Shown here: piece after piece, positions 1 through 8,749 of the stretch
Position numbering within the stretch: position 1 is the first letter of the stretch
Layout of the letters: the number at the start of each line of letters is the position of its first letter
Origin: an uncultured Methanomicrobiaceae archaeon
GTDB lineage: Archaea; Halobacteriota; Methanomicrobia; Methanomicrobiales; Methanoculleaceae
Direction of reading: 5' to 3'
DNA length: 64,000 nucleotides
Assembly (NCBI GenBank): GCA_963826525.1
Contig: CAWGXH010000003.1
Coordinates: forward strand, 1-64,000
Translations under genes and position numbers: made by a program
Notes under the pieces: generated by a model
Database searches by the model: none
Told to the model about the DNA's origin: nothing
Seen by the model: only the letters and a program-made list of their open reading frames with translations

Positions 1-202
1 TGAAGGTGGTGTTTGCATCGCTGAAGGGACGACGTGGCGCCTGGAGGACGACGCTGCCGATGACGAGGTGCTCGTTGTAGGCGGGGATGATGGCGACGAG
101 GGTGCTCAGCTTGCCTGCTGGTGGAGGTGTCCGGGCGGAGAGAGAATCGACGCCGAGTGGGAGATCGGCTGCGTTTTGGGAGATCGTTGTAACCTGGCTC
201 AT
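1..202 (-). CDS. GT2 glycosyltransferase N-terminal fragment (runs off window edge)
   Basis: Manual translation from ATG at 202 gives MSQVTTISQ...LVAIIPAYNEHLVIGSVVLQA, the GT2/DPM-synthase N-terminal motif. The expected VIVVDDGS does not follow in frame. AT-rich promoter-like region at 300-560. Confidence 0.5.
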   Translation of the reverse strand, partial: MSQVTTISQNAADLPLGVDSLSARTPPPAGKLSTLVAIIPAYNEHLVIGSVVLQAPRRPFSDANTTF

Positions 203-1333
203 CCTGTTCTCCTTGGCGGTCTGTCGTGGGCGGGGTGCTGCATGTCACTGGATGGACGGTCGTCCTGCCCGGCGAGCCCGGCAGATCGATGCCGTTTTGC
301 TACGTTATTATTTTTGATGTGACAATATAAAATTACTGAATATGAGTGGAGCCTTTCTGTACAGCTGTACTGGATAATTCCAATAGTATTGTTCTGTTTT
401 GCCGAAATCTGTCACGATCTGTCAGAAAGCGAGATCTAAATTTTGTATGCTGCATATAAAACGTTCTCTTTTTTATTTGGTGATACTGGCGCCTGATAGG
501 AATTGTATCTGATGAAATTCGTGCTTTAGGGAAATAAGTTGTTCTGTGACTTGTTTCCTGCTCCCGGTGCGTCCGGTAGTGGTCCCGTCGCAGCGATCGG
601 TGCCGTCCGGGGAGAACGGCGGCTCCTGGGCAGCGGTATAGGGGTAACGGGTGCGTTGCTGCCGGGAGCGTGCATGAGGGAGCCGGGGAGCTCCTGGTGA
701 TGGTTCGGAGCCGGGCGGCCGTGCCGGACGAAAATGCTGGGAAACGGGTATTTTTGCTATCAGGTCGGTATTAGGTGGTTAAATGCTCGTGCGCTGGATA
801 GAGTGGGGTGCCTGGCGGTTTCGGGCTGTAGGATGGTGGAATTCTTGTCGGCGACGGGCACCGGGAGGCGGCGTGGCCTGTTGCCGGAGCAGGTGGCGGG
901 GTAACCCTGCCGCACCCGTGGCCCGGAAGGGTCGGCCGCGATGCCGGCCGGAGCACCGTGCACGGGCGAGTTCCCTCCCTGGCATAAGGGCGGCAGTATC
1001 TCGCGGATTTTCCGATTCCGCCGCCGTGCTGCGAGGGTAGAATCCGGGCGGAATCCTGCCGAATTGCGACCCTCACAGAAGCCCGCAGACGGCCGATCTC
1101 GGGGCGAGGCATAGTCGACATCCTCCGGAAATTACTGCCGCTCATATCGCCGATATGGCCTCGCGATCCTGCCGTTTTTCGGCGATCGGGCTCCATTTGT
1201 CCGGTTTCTCCGGGCGGCCGATTTCAGGATCCGGGAGCGGCGTTAAAATCGAAAAATGGCCTCAATTCGGCCTTATTTTTTGCGGGGAGGGGGCTCCCCC
1301 CGGGAGATCTTCCCGGGCGGAGTATGCGGAAGA

Positions 1334-1627
1334 TCAGAGCCTGCCGTAGCGTTTATGCGCCTGCTCGATGGTCATCAGGTGGGTGATCGGGAGCCATGTT
1401 CCTGTCAGTATCGATATGGATGATGTAGAGTGCGGTAAACGATCGCCCTATGTGGAGACGAAATACCTCCATGCCTTCCGTATTCAGGCGCTCTTTATCC
1501 CCACCGCTGCCGGGATAGGGTCCGTTTGCAGGACGGCACGTTGTGCCGTGATGATGCGTTGAGACTTCTCCGGCAGAGTGTTCAGGAAATCCGCTGCCGA
1601 CCGCCTGAACAGAACGGCATACGTCAC
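1334..1627 (-). pseudogene. RelE/ParE-like toxin, frameshifted
   Basis: GTG start overlaps the antitoxin stop. VTYAVLFRRSAADFLNTLPEKSQRII continues in shifted frames as PYPGSGGDKERLNTEGMEVFRLHIGRSFTALY and ITHLMTIEQAHKRYGRL*. Confidence 0.7.
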
Positions 1628-1809
1628 AACGAGATCTCCACGAGTTCTTCCGTCTCCTGGATCCGCTTGATATCTTCTACAAGCCGCCGCTTCTTTTCGT
1701 GCTCGATCATCTCCTCTATCAGTTCCGAAAACGTCATCCCCGGCTCTCGCATAGGGGAGAGGGCTGCGGAGGCCTCTTCCCTGACAATAATGCGCTTTGT
1801 GGCATTCAT
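1624..1809 (-). CDS. Small antitoxin (61 aa) upstream of RelE-like toxin
   Basis: MNATKRIIVREE...PGMTFSELIEEMIEHEKKRRLVEDIKRIQETEELVEISL; GTGA overlap with the toxin. Confidence 0.7.
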   Translation of the reverse strand: MNATKRIIVREEASAALSPMREPGMTFSELIEEMIEHEKKRRLVEDIKRIQETEELVEISL

Positions 1810-1863
1810 GACATCTATGGTATACGTACTGCTGCGGAAAAATATTGCTGATATGTCGGGCAA

Positions 1864-1985
1864 TCTCCGGCGGCTTCGTCTTTCGGGCATCGGACGGTAA
1901 AACGAGGAGATCTTCCCGGGCGAGCGAAGGTTCCCCATGCATGACGCTCTCCGTCCCTCGAGGATACCGCCGGAGATCCGATGCA
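1864..1985. repeat. Intergenic cassette-boundary repeat, copy A
   Basis: TCTCCGGnnGCTTCGTCTTTCGGnCATCGGACGGTA...CCCGGGC is shared with 3570-3700; GGAGATCTTCCCGGGCG also occurs at 1303-1319. Confidence 0.75.
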
Positions 1986-2087
1986 GATCCGTGTTGGGCA
2001 TACTGCAGTATATCCGCGGCTTACAACCCGCGTACGGAGCGCCCGGAGGATCTGTGGACCGACAACCGGATCCCAAAGAGAGCAGAA

Positions 2088-2342
2088 ATGATTCCTGAAA
2101 AATGTAGCCTCTGCAAAGGTGTGCCCCTGCATGAAGGAAAGGACCTGAGTTTCTCGCGGCCGTGCAGAACGAGGTCATTGTCGTCCGTGTTCGTCCCGAT
2201 GTCACATCTGCGACCGGTGCGGCGAGGCATACGGCTGCGGCAGCGACGCACCGGAAGATCGACGCGATCAGGGACGGGGTGCTATCTGCGCACCATCTGC
2301 TGCCGCCCGCTCGCCGCCGGCGAGATCACGCTTGCCGAGTAG
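2088..2342 (+). pseudogene. Decayed YgiT/MqsA-type zinc-finger antitoxin (paralog of 9504-9749)
   Basis: MIPEKCSLCKG...EVIVVR...CDRCGEAY...PLAAGEITLAE* with several indels and an internal deletion; the DNA aligns by eye to 9504-9749. Confidence 0.85.
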
Positions 2343-2348
2343 GATCTG

Positions 2349-2627
2349 TCAGAGTATGCCTGCCTCCTCGTAGTGTGCGAGGAGTCCCTGCTCGTCAAGC
2401 CGGCAGTCCACCAGGTCGTCGAGCTGCTGCCGGGAGAGGTGGAGCTGCTCGGCCATGATGCCAAGCAACCGATCGCCGATCTCCTTCTTTCCGTGGCTGA
2501 CCCAGGTGCGGATGGCGGTATCGCGGCCGTTATACCGGAACGTCAACTTGACATGCCCGGACATCTCCGGATGAAAGCCCTTCTTCATGAGACGTTTGAG
2601 GATGACGAAATTTTTTCGCGAACCCAT
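2349..2627 (-). CDS. HicA-like mRNA interferase toxin
   Basis: LMKKGF...GHVKLTFRY...RTWVSHGKKEIGDRLLGIMAEQLHLS (dsRBD-like HicA pattern with SHG); TGATG coupling to the upstream antitoxin. Confidence 0.75.
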   Translation of the reverse strand: MGSRKNFVILKRLMKKGFHPEMSGHVKLTFRYNGRDTAIRTWVSHGKKEIGDRLLGIMAEQLHLSRQQLDDLVDCRLDEQGLLAHYEEAGIL

Positions 2628-3043
2628 CAGATCTCCTCATCAAAGAGCGACAGGAATTTCCCCCGCAGCTGCAGGGCGCCCGCCGTCAGTTCGCTCTCGT
2701 CACGCTCCACGAAATCCTTCCAGTTCTCTTCGAACTCCGCGGTGATCTCGGCGAGACCTTCACGCAGGTCGGGGGCGACGGCGAGCAGGCGGTAGTCGTG
2801 GTTGTACAGGATCTATCTCCATCCTCGACATCGAGAGATAGTTCAATGGGGTGGGCGAGCTCCCGGATCTCACCGTGCATTCTCACATAGATCAGAGGGA
2901 TCGCGGTGGGAGGCTGCTTTTCGTGGGCATGGGAGACCAGCCGCCCGATCACGTCGCTGTAGGTCTCGCGGGGGTGAACCTTCAGGCGGCTCAGACTGGT
3001 CTTTCACCTCGGTCGGTATTTTGATCGACGACGTATCGGACAT
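2627..3043 (-). CDS. Antitoxin: N-terminal LKxHPRETY-type DNA-binding module fused to a HicB-like domain (two frameshifts)
   Basis: Reconstructed across frames: MSDTSSIKIPTEVKD/RLSRLKVHPRETYSDVIGRLV...IELSLDVEDG/EILYNHDYRLLAVAPDLREGLAEITAEFEENWKDFVERDESELTAGALQLRGKFLSLFDEEI*. Confidence 0.65.
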
Positions 3044-3294
3044 ACCACTCTATACTACCGGGGTGGTATATATCCGGATCGGTGGAGATCCCCCTCCGCA
3101 AAACGATCTCCATCGACGGGCCGAGCGGGAATCTCCCGTGGATCTCAAGGGAAACCGTGCTTCGGAAAGAGTGGCTCAGGCCCGGGGAGAAAGCGGCGTC
3201 GAGCGATCTCTGAGCATGCCCTCCCGGGACACCTGTTGCGCACGACCTCTGGCACGAAAGGTTAATACTTCTGAGATGGGAGATTACACTACCC

Positions 3295-3513
3295 ATGACC
3301 GTCTTTGGTGTTGTCGTAGAAAAAGATGAAGATGGCTATTATGCGTACGTTCCTGCTATTCTGGGGTGTTACGCACAGGGCGATACCTACGAGGAGGCTC
3401 TTGCCGCTGTTCGGGAAGTACTTCTGCTGATTCTGGAGGATCTCACCGCAACCGGGCAGCAGATTCCCCACGTCGACCAGATCAGCCTCACAACCGTCGA
3501 TGTGACGGTATAG
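3295..3513 (+). CDS. HicB-family (UPF0150) antitoxin, orphan
   Basis: VVVEKDEDGYYAYVPAILGCYAQGDTYEEALAAVREVLLL is the classic HicB motif; TATA-like GGTTAATA about 30 bp upstream. Confidence 0.9.
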   Translation: MTVFGVVVEKDEDGYYAYVPAILGCYAQGDTYEEALAAVREVLLLILEDLTATGQQIPHVDQISLTTVDVTV

Positions 3514-3569
3514 CGATCAATGGCCAGAACACCCCGGGTAAACTTCTGCCGTAATGATGCATTGTGACT

Positions 3570-3700
3570 TCTCCGGAAGCTTCGTCTTTCGGCCATCGGA
3601 CGGTAGAAAAGAATTCTCCCGGGCATCCCCGGCGGGAGGATATCCCCCGTGCAGGGCGAACTCAATCCCCGGGCAACTATTCGGAACTTACCGAAGTAGT
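3570..3700. repeat. Intergenic cassette-boundary repeat, copy B
   Basis: Left part matches 1864-1941. Right part (CGGGCAACTATTCGGAACTTACCGAAGTAGT hairpin) matches 4786-4814. Confidence 0.75.
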
Positions 3701-3940
3701 CAGCGGAGAACGATGTCCGGAGACCGACGATCCTCTTCCAGGGAACGAGCGGGTAGCGGGATCGGATCTCTTCCGGTATCTGCCCGCACGCTTCGCCCAG
3801 CGTGATTTCGAATCACGGCGTCTATGGTCTTCTGGTCGCGGAAAAATTCCTCTTGCGAAAATCCTTCCGTATACTCTTCGATGCGTCCGAGTGCCTCGAG
3901 CATATCGTCCAGAAAGAGGGATCGGATCGCGTTTAGACAT
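3690..3940 (-). pseudogene. HEPN/DUF86 (HepT-like) RNase toxin, frameshifted and 3'-truncated
   Basis: MSKRD/SLFLDDMLEALGRIEEYTEGFSQEEFFRDQKTIDAVIRN/LGEACGQIPEEIRSRYPLVPWKRIVGLR/DYFG; the RxxxxH motif is disrupted and similarity ends at the repeat. Confidence 0.8.
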
Positions 3941-4254
3941 ACAGAGCATCCTCGCGGATCGACCGGAGCAGTTTCGGTCTTCGGGCGATACCGCCCTTCA
4001 GCACCAGGTCGACCGGAAGACCGAGCAGCCGTTCGAGTTCGTCTTTCAGGCGGGCGACGTCCCACCCGATGGGCTCCGCCAGGTCGACGAGGATATCCAC
4101 ATCGCTGTCTGCAGTCTGTTCGTTCCTCGCGTACGACCCGAAGATGCCGATCTCCCGGACGTTGTAACGCTCCTGCAGGTACGGCTTTGCCCGGCGAAGC
4201 GTATCCGCGATAGAGCGAATGTCCGGTGTCTGGAGAGTCTCTTTCGGCTGACAT
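3933..4254 (-). CDS. Minimal nucleotidyltransferase (MNT) antitoxin; probable frameshift near start
   Basis: YNVREIGIFGSYARNEQTADSDVDILV...LKDELERLLGLPVDLV (GS-x10-DxD); overlaps the DUF86 start. Confidence 0.85.
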
Positions 4255-4765
4255 GGAGTTTCCCTGGAGTTCGGGTGCCCGGTTCCCGCACCACGGTTGA
4301 TCTTCAATTGCGTGGTATCCATCATCATGGTTTCGTTCGTGGGACGAAGGCGGACAGGAAGAGCGGCTCCGCCCCTGCGATGGTGGAACCGTCCGGGCGG
4401 GGCATTGCACGGCGGCCGATTGTAGTGCGAACGTGAAAGAGGCGTGCTGGAACTATGCCGGCATCCTGCGATCCGCCGGAACCGTCCCAGGAATCGATTA
4501 CCCCGCCGATGGTACCTCCTCGTGATGCACCCCTGGAAGCCACGATCACGCTCCCTGGAGTCCCTGCCCATCGTGCCATCAGAGTGAGAAAGCCGGATCT
4601 CGATCGCTTCATCCGCCGGGTTCTGGCGGTCGAACGCTATCGGGAAGGGCGGCGAGGCTGCCGGGGCACGGAGCCGGATGGGAGATGATCCTCTTCCGGA
4701 TGAGAACGAGGACACCGATGAGGGTGCCGGTGACGTGAGCGCTTTTGGAGACATCTGTGCATCTG

Positions 4766-4815
4766 AGGGGGGCGAGCCCGACCACCGGGCACTGTCCGGA
4801 AATTCCGGATAGTTG
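4766..4815. repeat. Partial boundary repeat / hairpin downstream of AAA ATPase
   Basis: ACTGTCCGGA-AAT-TCCGGATAGT near-perfect hairpin, similar to 3676-3700. Confidence 0.55.
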
Positions 4816-4855
4816 GGAGGGCGAGCGGCCGGGTAAAGGAGCCGATACGAGCGAA

Positions 4856-6161
4856 TTATTCCTGCACGTTCGATCTGCCGTCGAGCCAGGTGTAGACCGG
4901 CACGACATGAATTACCCTGCCGTCGATAACCACGTCTTCGGATTCGGCTTCCGTGATGATAGTGCCCTCGTTCGAGGCCGTACGCATCCATCGCCTCACA
5001 GAGCCCGCGGATCTCCCTCTTTCTGGTGTCGGGATCCCCGAGGGACTGTGTTACCTGAATTGCCCGGACGATCGTCCGTCCTGATTTGACGAGGAAATCA
5101 CACTCGTATCTGTCCTTGTGGTAGTAGATGGCGTCGTATTGCTTTTTCAGCGTGATGAAGACGAGATTCTCCAGCAGTTTTCCCCGGTTCTCTGAAAATG
5201 TAAAGGCAACGGCGTTTATAAGACCCGTATCGATGGCGTAGATCTTCTTCGGATTTGCGAGCTGCTTCTTCACCGAATAGTCGTATTTCATCAGGGTGTA
5301 CAGGAGATACGCATTCTCGGCATACTCGATGTACTCCCGCACGGTCTCGGTTGCGATATGAAGGGCGTCGGCAATCCGATGATACGAGAGCGTGTTCCCT
5401 GCGTTCGAGATCAGGTAATAGAGGAGGTCTACGAGATCGCTGTTGTTCCGCAGCCGGTTCGGGAAGATGATATCCTTCAGATAGATCGTCTCATAGTAGC
5501 TTTTAAGGATCTGCCTCTTCAGATCGGCATCCGGTTCGAGGGCCACACGGGGAAACCCGCCATAGTGCAGGTACGCGGCGAACTGCTGCCTCTTCTCGAC
5601 GAGAGTCGGATTCGTCATGCCCTGGAACCGGAGATACTCGGGGAACGAGAGGGGATAGATGGTGCAGGAGAAATACCGGCCGGAGAGGCGGGTGCTGAGC
5701 TCGTGCCGGAGCAGCGAGGAGACAGAACCGGTCAGAATGCATTTGACGTTGCTCTTTGTGTCGTGGAATGTCTTGACGGCAGACGCCCAGTGCGTATAAT
5801 TCTGGACTTCATCGATGCAGAGATAGAGCCGCTCAAGGTCGGCATGGCGAGCGAGGTAGTCTTCGACGATGCCGCCGAGCAGCGCAGGATCGTCCGCCAT
5901 GGAGAGGAAGAGGGGTTCATCCAGATTAATGTAGAGGATGGCCTCCTTCGGGACGCTTCTCTCCAGAAGAGAACGGATGATCTGGTACACGAGCGTGGAT
6001 TTACCGGTCCTTCGTGCACCGGCGAGGAGCAGAATCTCCTTCGCATCCAGGTAGCGTACAATTTCGGGGAATTGTGACAGGCGTTCGACGCCGGTCTCAA
6101 ACCCTCTCGAGAACCACCAGGGATTTTGACTTTCGAGAGCGACCTGCACCTTCTGATCCAT
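4856..6161 (-). CDS. AAA_14 + DUF4143 ATP-binding protein (frameshift near 4968)
   Basis: QNPWW, Walker A GARRTGKST, IDEVQ, LTGS, LSGR, GGFP, PKKIYAIDTGL, ENLVF, ECDF. The C-terminus GTIITEAESEDVVIDGRVIHVVPVYTWL lies in a shifted frame ending at TAA 4856. Confidence 0.9.
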
Positions 6162-6170
6162 CTGTAGAGT

Positions 6171-6386
6171 GTAGTCGACAATTTACCATATAATTGTCGA
6201 TTATGTTCGACGAAATATCCGGGTGTTGTAGCGACGGGAGATGTTGGACGTACAGGTCTTCTATGGCTTGAGAGGAGCCCCTCATCTGTCGCTCCGGCAT
6301 CAGGGGAATGTGTCGACTATAGTCGACGATTCATGGCATAATTGTCGACTACGTTCGACGAAATCGCCGGGACGGGTGCACCGACG
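6171..6386. promoter_or_regulatory. Duplicated ~65-bp block with GTCGAC-cored inverted repeats upstream of the ATPase
   Basis: AGTCGACAATT-N8-AATTGTCGATT (6173-6202) and AGTCGACGAT-N10-ATTGTCGACT (6321-6350), each followed by GTTCGACGAAAT. Confidence 0.6.
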
Positions 6387-6604
6387 CCCGGTATATGAAG
6401 GGAGAAGCACCGCCCTGTCACCGACGATCCGTAGTAAGGGCTCGTCGGGTCGGTCCGGCAGAGGCCGTCGCTGCGGAACCGGTGCTGCCGGGATCGCCCG
6501 CACCTGCTGAAGAGTCCCGGTGCCTCCCGGGGAGAGAATCCTTAATGGTATCGCACGACCAAATAACTTGGCTGCAAGAGATCGGCCGGTATCGCAGCAC
6601 AAGC

Positions 6605-6677
6605 ACCCCCGTAGTGTAGTGGTCAATCATGCAGGACTTTGGATCCGGCGACGGCGGTTCGAATCCGCCCGGGGGTA
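6605..6677 (+). tRNA. tRNA-Gln (TTG)
   Basis: Acceptor ACCCCCG/CGGGGGT with A1-U72 (archaeal Gln), anticodon loop CTTTGGA, T-arm GGCGG-TTCGAAT-CCGCC. One mismatch in the anticodon stem; CCA not encoded. Confidence 0.95.
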
Positions 6678-6680
6678 CGA

Positions 6681-6714
6681 GGGCGGGGAATTCGGTTTTT
6701 CCTGCCCCCTTTTT
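6681..6714 (+). terminator. Hairpin + T-tract after tRNA-Gln
   Basis: GGGCGGGGAA...TTTCCTGCCC followed by CCTTTTT. Confidence 0.55.
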
Positions 6715-7329
6715 CGTTTCGAAGGGCATACGGTAGCAGGTGGAAAGATCTTCCGTACAGTGAATACTCCTGCGGATCAAAGCGCCTGTATGCATGGTAC
6801 CGGCAATCCGATCCGCAGGACCGATCGTGAGTGCGGCTTTCGATTGGGCTATCTTCATGTGGGGCTTGGCCACCTGGCGGAGGGGATATGGTCTGTATTG
6901 TCTGCCGGGATCTGGGCGGGCGTGAACCGTCGAGGCTGGCTCCGCTTCTTCACTCCTGTACGTTCACGAAAGGTAATTGAGAACCGGATAACTCTCTAAC
7001 GTAAGCAGACGTAACGTAGAGGGTGCTTTACCCCTGTAGGTTAATTATTGTTTACTTACAGCACGCTCATCTTGCAGGTGGTCTCTGCACGAAGGTCGGA
7101 GCGGCACCATCTCGATCCTCAAGGAGATGACTGTCCGGAGTCGCGAATCCTCCCCGGGTGCTGCCGGGACGGTTTCGTTCCCCGTGCCCTATATGTCCGG
7201 CGCTATCGGTGCCCTGCAGAGCCCGGTTTGGGAAATATATTTTCTAAAACACTTGTTTTTGAGAAAGGAGTGGCGCATAGGGGATGCAAAATGGAAACGT
7301 TTTTCCCCGGGCGGGAGAGATACCCATTC

Positions 7330-7548
7330 ATGGAAGACGAGCATTCGATTCGCGGACCCCGCGGCATCAGCGATCAGCCTTCCCGGCTGAAACAGCATTC
7401 ACAGGAGTCTCCCGCCGACGTCGTCAGGCGCCTTGCCGCCGAGACGGTCGACGACGAGTACGACGACCCCATAAAGACCTGGAAGTCGAGCCCGGTCTAC
7501 AAACTCGAGGTGCTCTGGAAGGACCGGCACCGGGAAGAGGCAGAGTGA
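7330..7548 (+). pseudogene. Degenerate LKxHPRETY-type antitoxin-like ORF
   Basis: SDQPSRLKQHSQESPADVVRRLAAETVDDE resembles RDRLNALKIHPRETYSEVIGRLVENSVDDE of 11861-12097. Confidence 0.5.
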
Positions 7549-7702
7549 CCGATCTCCGGTCGCTGCAATTACCATCTCTCTTTCGACAGAAGACCCCGTG
7601 AGCGGGGCAGATCCAGGCCGTTCCTGAACGCCCTTCGCAGGCGAACCAAAGGTATTTCTCGTAGCCGTGCTATTCTCGGTCATGGTCGGCACACCGGAAT
7701 GG

Positions 7703-7890
7703 ATGCAAAGGAGGATGCGACTCTGGCGGCACCGGGGGTACCGTCCGGCACGCGGCCCCGGCATGCTGAGGGCCGGGTATGCCGAGGTGCCGCTCGGGCG
7801 CGATGCCCTCCGGGCGATTCGGAAGGGGCTGCGGGATATCCGGTTCGGGCGGGTGCCCCGGCTCGGGGCGATCCTCGAGGAGGCTCGATA
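7703..7890 (+). pseudogene. Degenerate C-terminal half of the same antitoxin family
   Basis: EVPLGRDALRAIRKGLRDIRFGRVPRLGAILEE resembles DEPLSNETIKAIEASLEDLKAGRIFTLDEVMAE; boundaries uncertain. Confidence 0.4.
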
Positions 7891-7955
7891 TCCTGCAGGC
7901 GCCCGGCGAGCCCTCGAACGAGGCCTGATCGCGAACCCGGCGCACTATCCCGCCT

Positions 7956-8330
7956 CTACCGGGGGAGTACACCCGGCTCTTTTGGAGCACCGCAGGCACC
8001 GCCTGCCCGCTCGCGGGAGAGGTCGGAGAGGCAGCGGGGTTTTTGCATGAACCCGTTACCGCACCTGATGCACCGGTACTGGGAGTATGCGACTTCAAGG
8101 CTTCCGACATCGACGAACCCGAGCAACTCGCCCGGACTCCCGCAGCGCGGGCAGAGCGGCGTTGCCTCCTCCCGTCTCTTCTGTTTCGTGAGGAGGGCGA
8201 CTACCGCCTGGTTCGCATCGGGGTAGAGGCCTTCGTGGTCGTCCGTTCGCACCTTGTTCATCAGCCACCGATACAGCGTGCCCGGCAGCAGGAGGTCGAT
8301 CCGCTGGCGTTCTTCCATGTACTGGTCCAT
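7956..8330 (-). CDS. Ribbon-helix-helix-like protein fused to a Zn-ribbon
   Basis: IDLLLPGTLYRWLMNKV...YPDANQAVVALLTK, then CPRCG...CIRCG. TATA-like TTTATA near 8345 favours the Met at 8318 as start. Confidence 0.7.
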   Translation of the reverse strand: MDQYMEERQRIDLLLPGTLYRWLMNKVRTDDHEGLYPDANQAVVALLTKQKRREEATPLCPRCGSPGELLGFVDVGSLEVAYSQYRCIRCGNGFMQKPRCLSDLSRERAGGACGAPKEPGVLPR

Positions 8331-8435
8331 GGAACTCTGAAGGTATAAATGATACCAATGGGTAGCGAATGTTATCGCGCGTCTGCCGTAAAAAACGAGA
8401 TACTATATCGGTTCGTGCGGAGTACCTGAAGAAGA

Positions 8436-8732
8436 GTGATGGAACCCGCCGAGAACGTAACAAGCAGGCAGGTAGGGGTGCGGCTCCCCGGCCATCTCTA
8501 CCGGTGGCTGAAGGCGAAGGTGGACGGCGGCGAATACTCCAATATGGCCCAGTCCGTCATCGGGGAGCTGACGAAGGCGAAGGCGCTCGAGGAGCGGCGG
8601 CGCGAGCCGGTGGCCTACGAAGTCCGCGACGAACCGGAGAGCGATCCATTGCTTCGGCTCGTCAACGAGCGCCTGGACGAGGTCCGCCGCGAACTCCGGG
8701 GCGAGATCGAGCGCCGGCGGCGCGAGCGGTGA
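8436..8732 (+). CDS. Ribbon-helix-helix (CopG/Arc-like) regulator with coiled-coil tail
   Basis: QVGVRLPGHLYRWLKAKVDGGEYSNMAQSVIGELTK (beta-helix-GxY-helix RHH pattern), followed by a charged helical tail. Confidence 0.8.
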   Translation: MMEPAENVTSRQVGVRLPGHLYRWLKAKVDGGEYSNMAQSVIGELTKAKALEERRREPVAYEVRDEPESDPLLRLVNERLDEVRRELRGEIERRRRER

Positions 8733-8749
8733 ACCCGGGCGGGAGTCTG

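Noticed and set aside
780-1300. RNase P/SRP RNA or coding genes in the GC-rich gap
   Set aside because: A GGGAGGGAACTCGCCC stretch loosely resembles RNase P P4, but the other conserved regions are absent; overlapping ORFs are Arg/Pro/Gly-rich with no motifs.
1864-1925. Hammerhead-ribozyme-like look of the boundary repeat on the minus strand (CCGATG..CCGAAAGACGAAGC)
   Set aside because: Both copies deviate from the required CUGAnGA and GAAA cores and stem II does not pair.
4455-4688. 77-aa plus-strand ORF between MNT and ATPase
   Set aside because: No recognisable motif; Pro/Arg-rich; cannot be supported without homologs.
3933-6161. Apparent 742-aa AAA ATPase-nucleotidyltransferase fusion
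   Set aside because: The true ATPase C-terminus is in another frame and stops at 4856; the linker is low-complexity read-through of intergenic DNA.
6171-6386. CRISPR mini-array
   Set aside because: Only two imperfect copies about 150 bp apart, no regular repeat-spacer period, no cas genes.
6630-6648. A-G mismatch in tRNA-Gln anticodon stem as editing or pseudo-tRNA
   Set aside because: Single mismatch in an error-prone sequence; the rest of the cloverleaf, promoter and terminator are intact.
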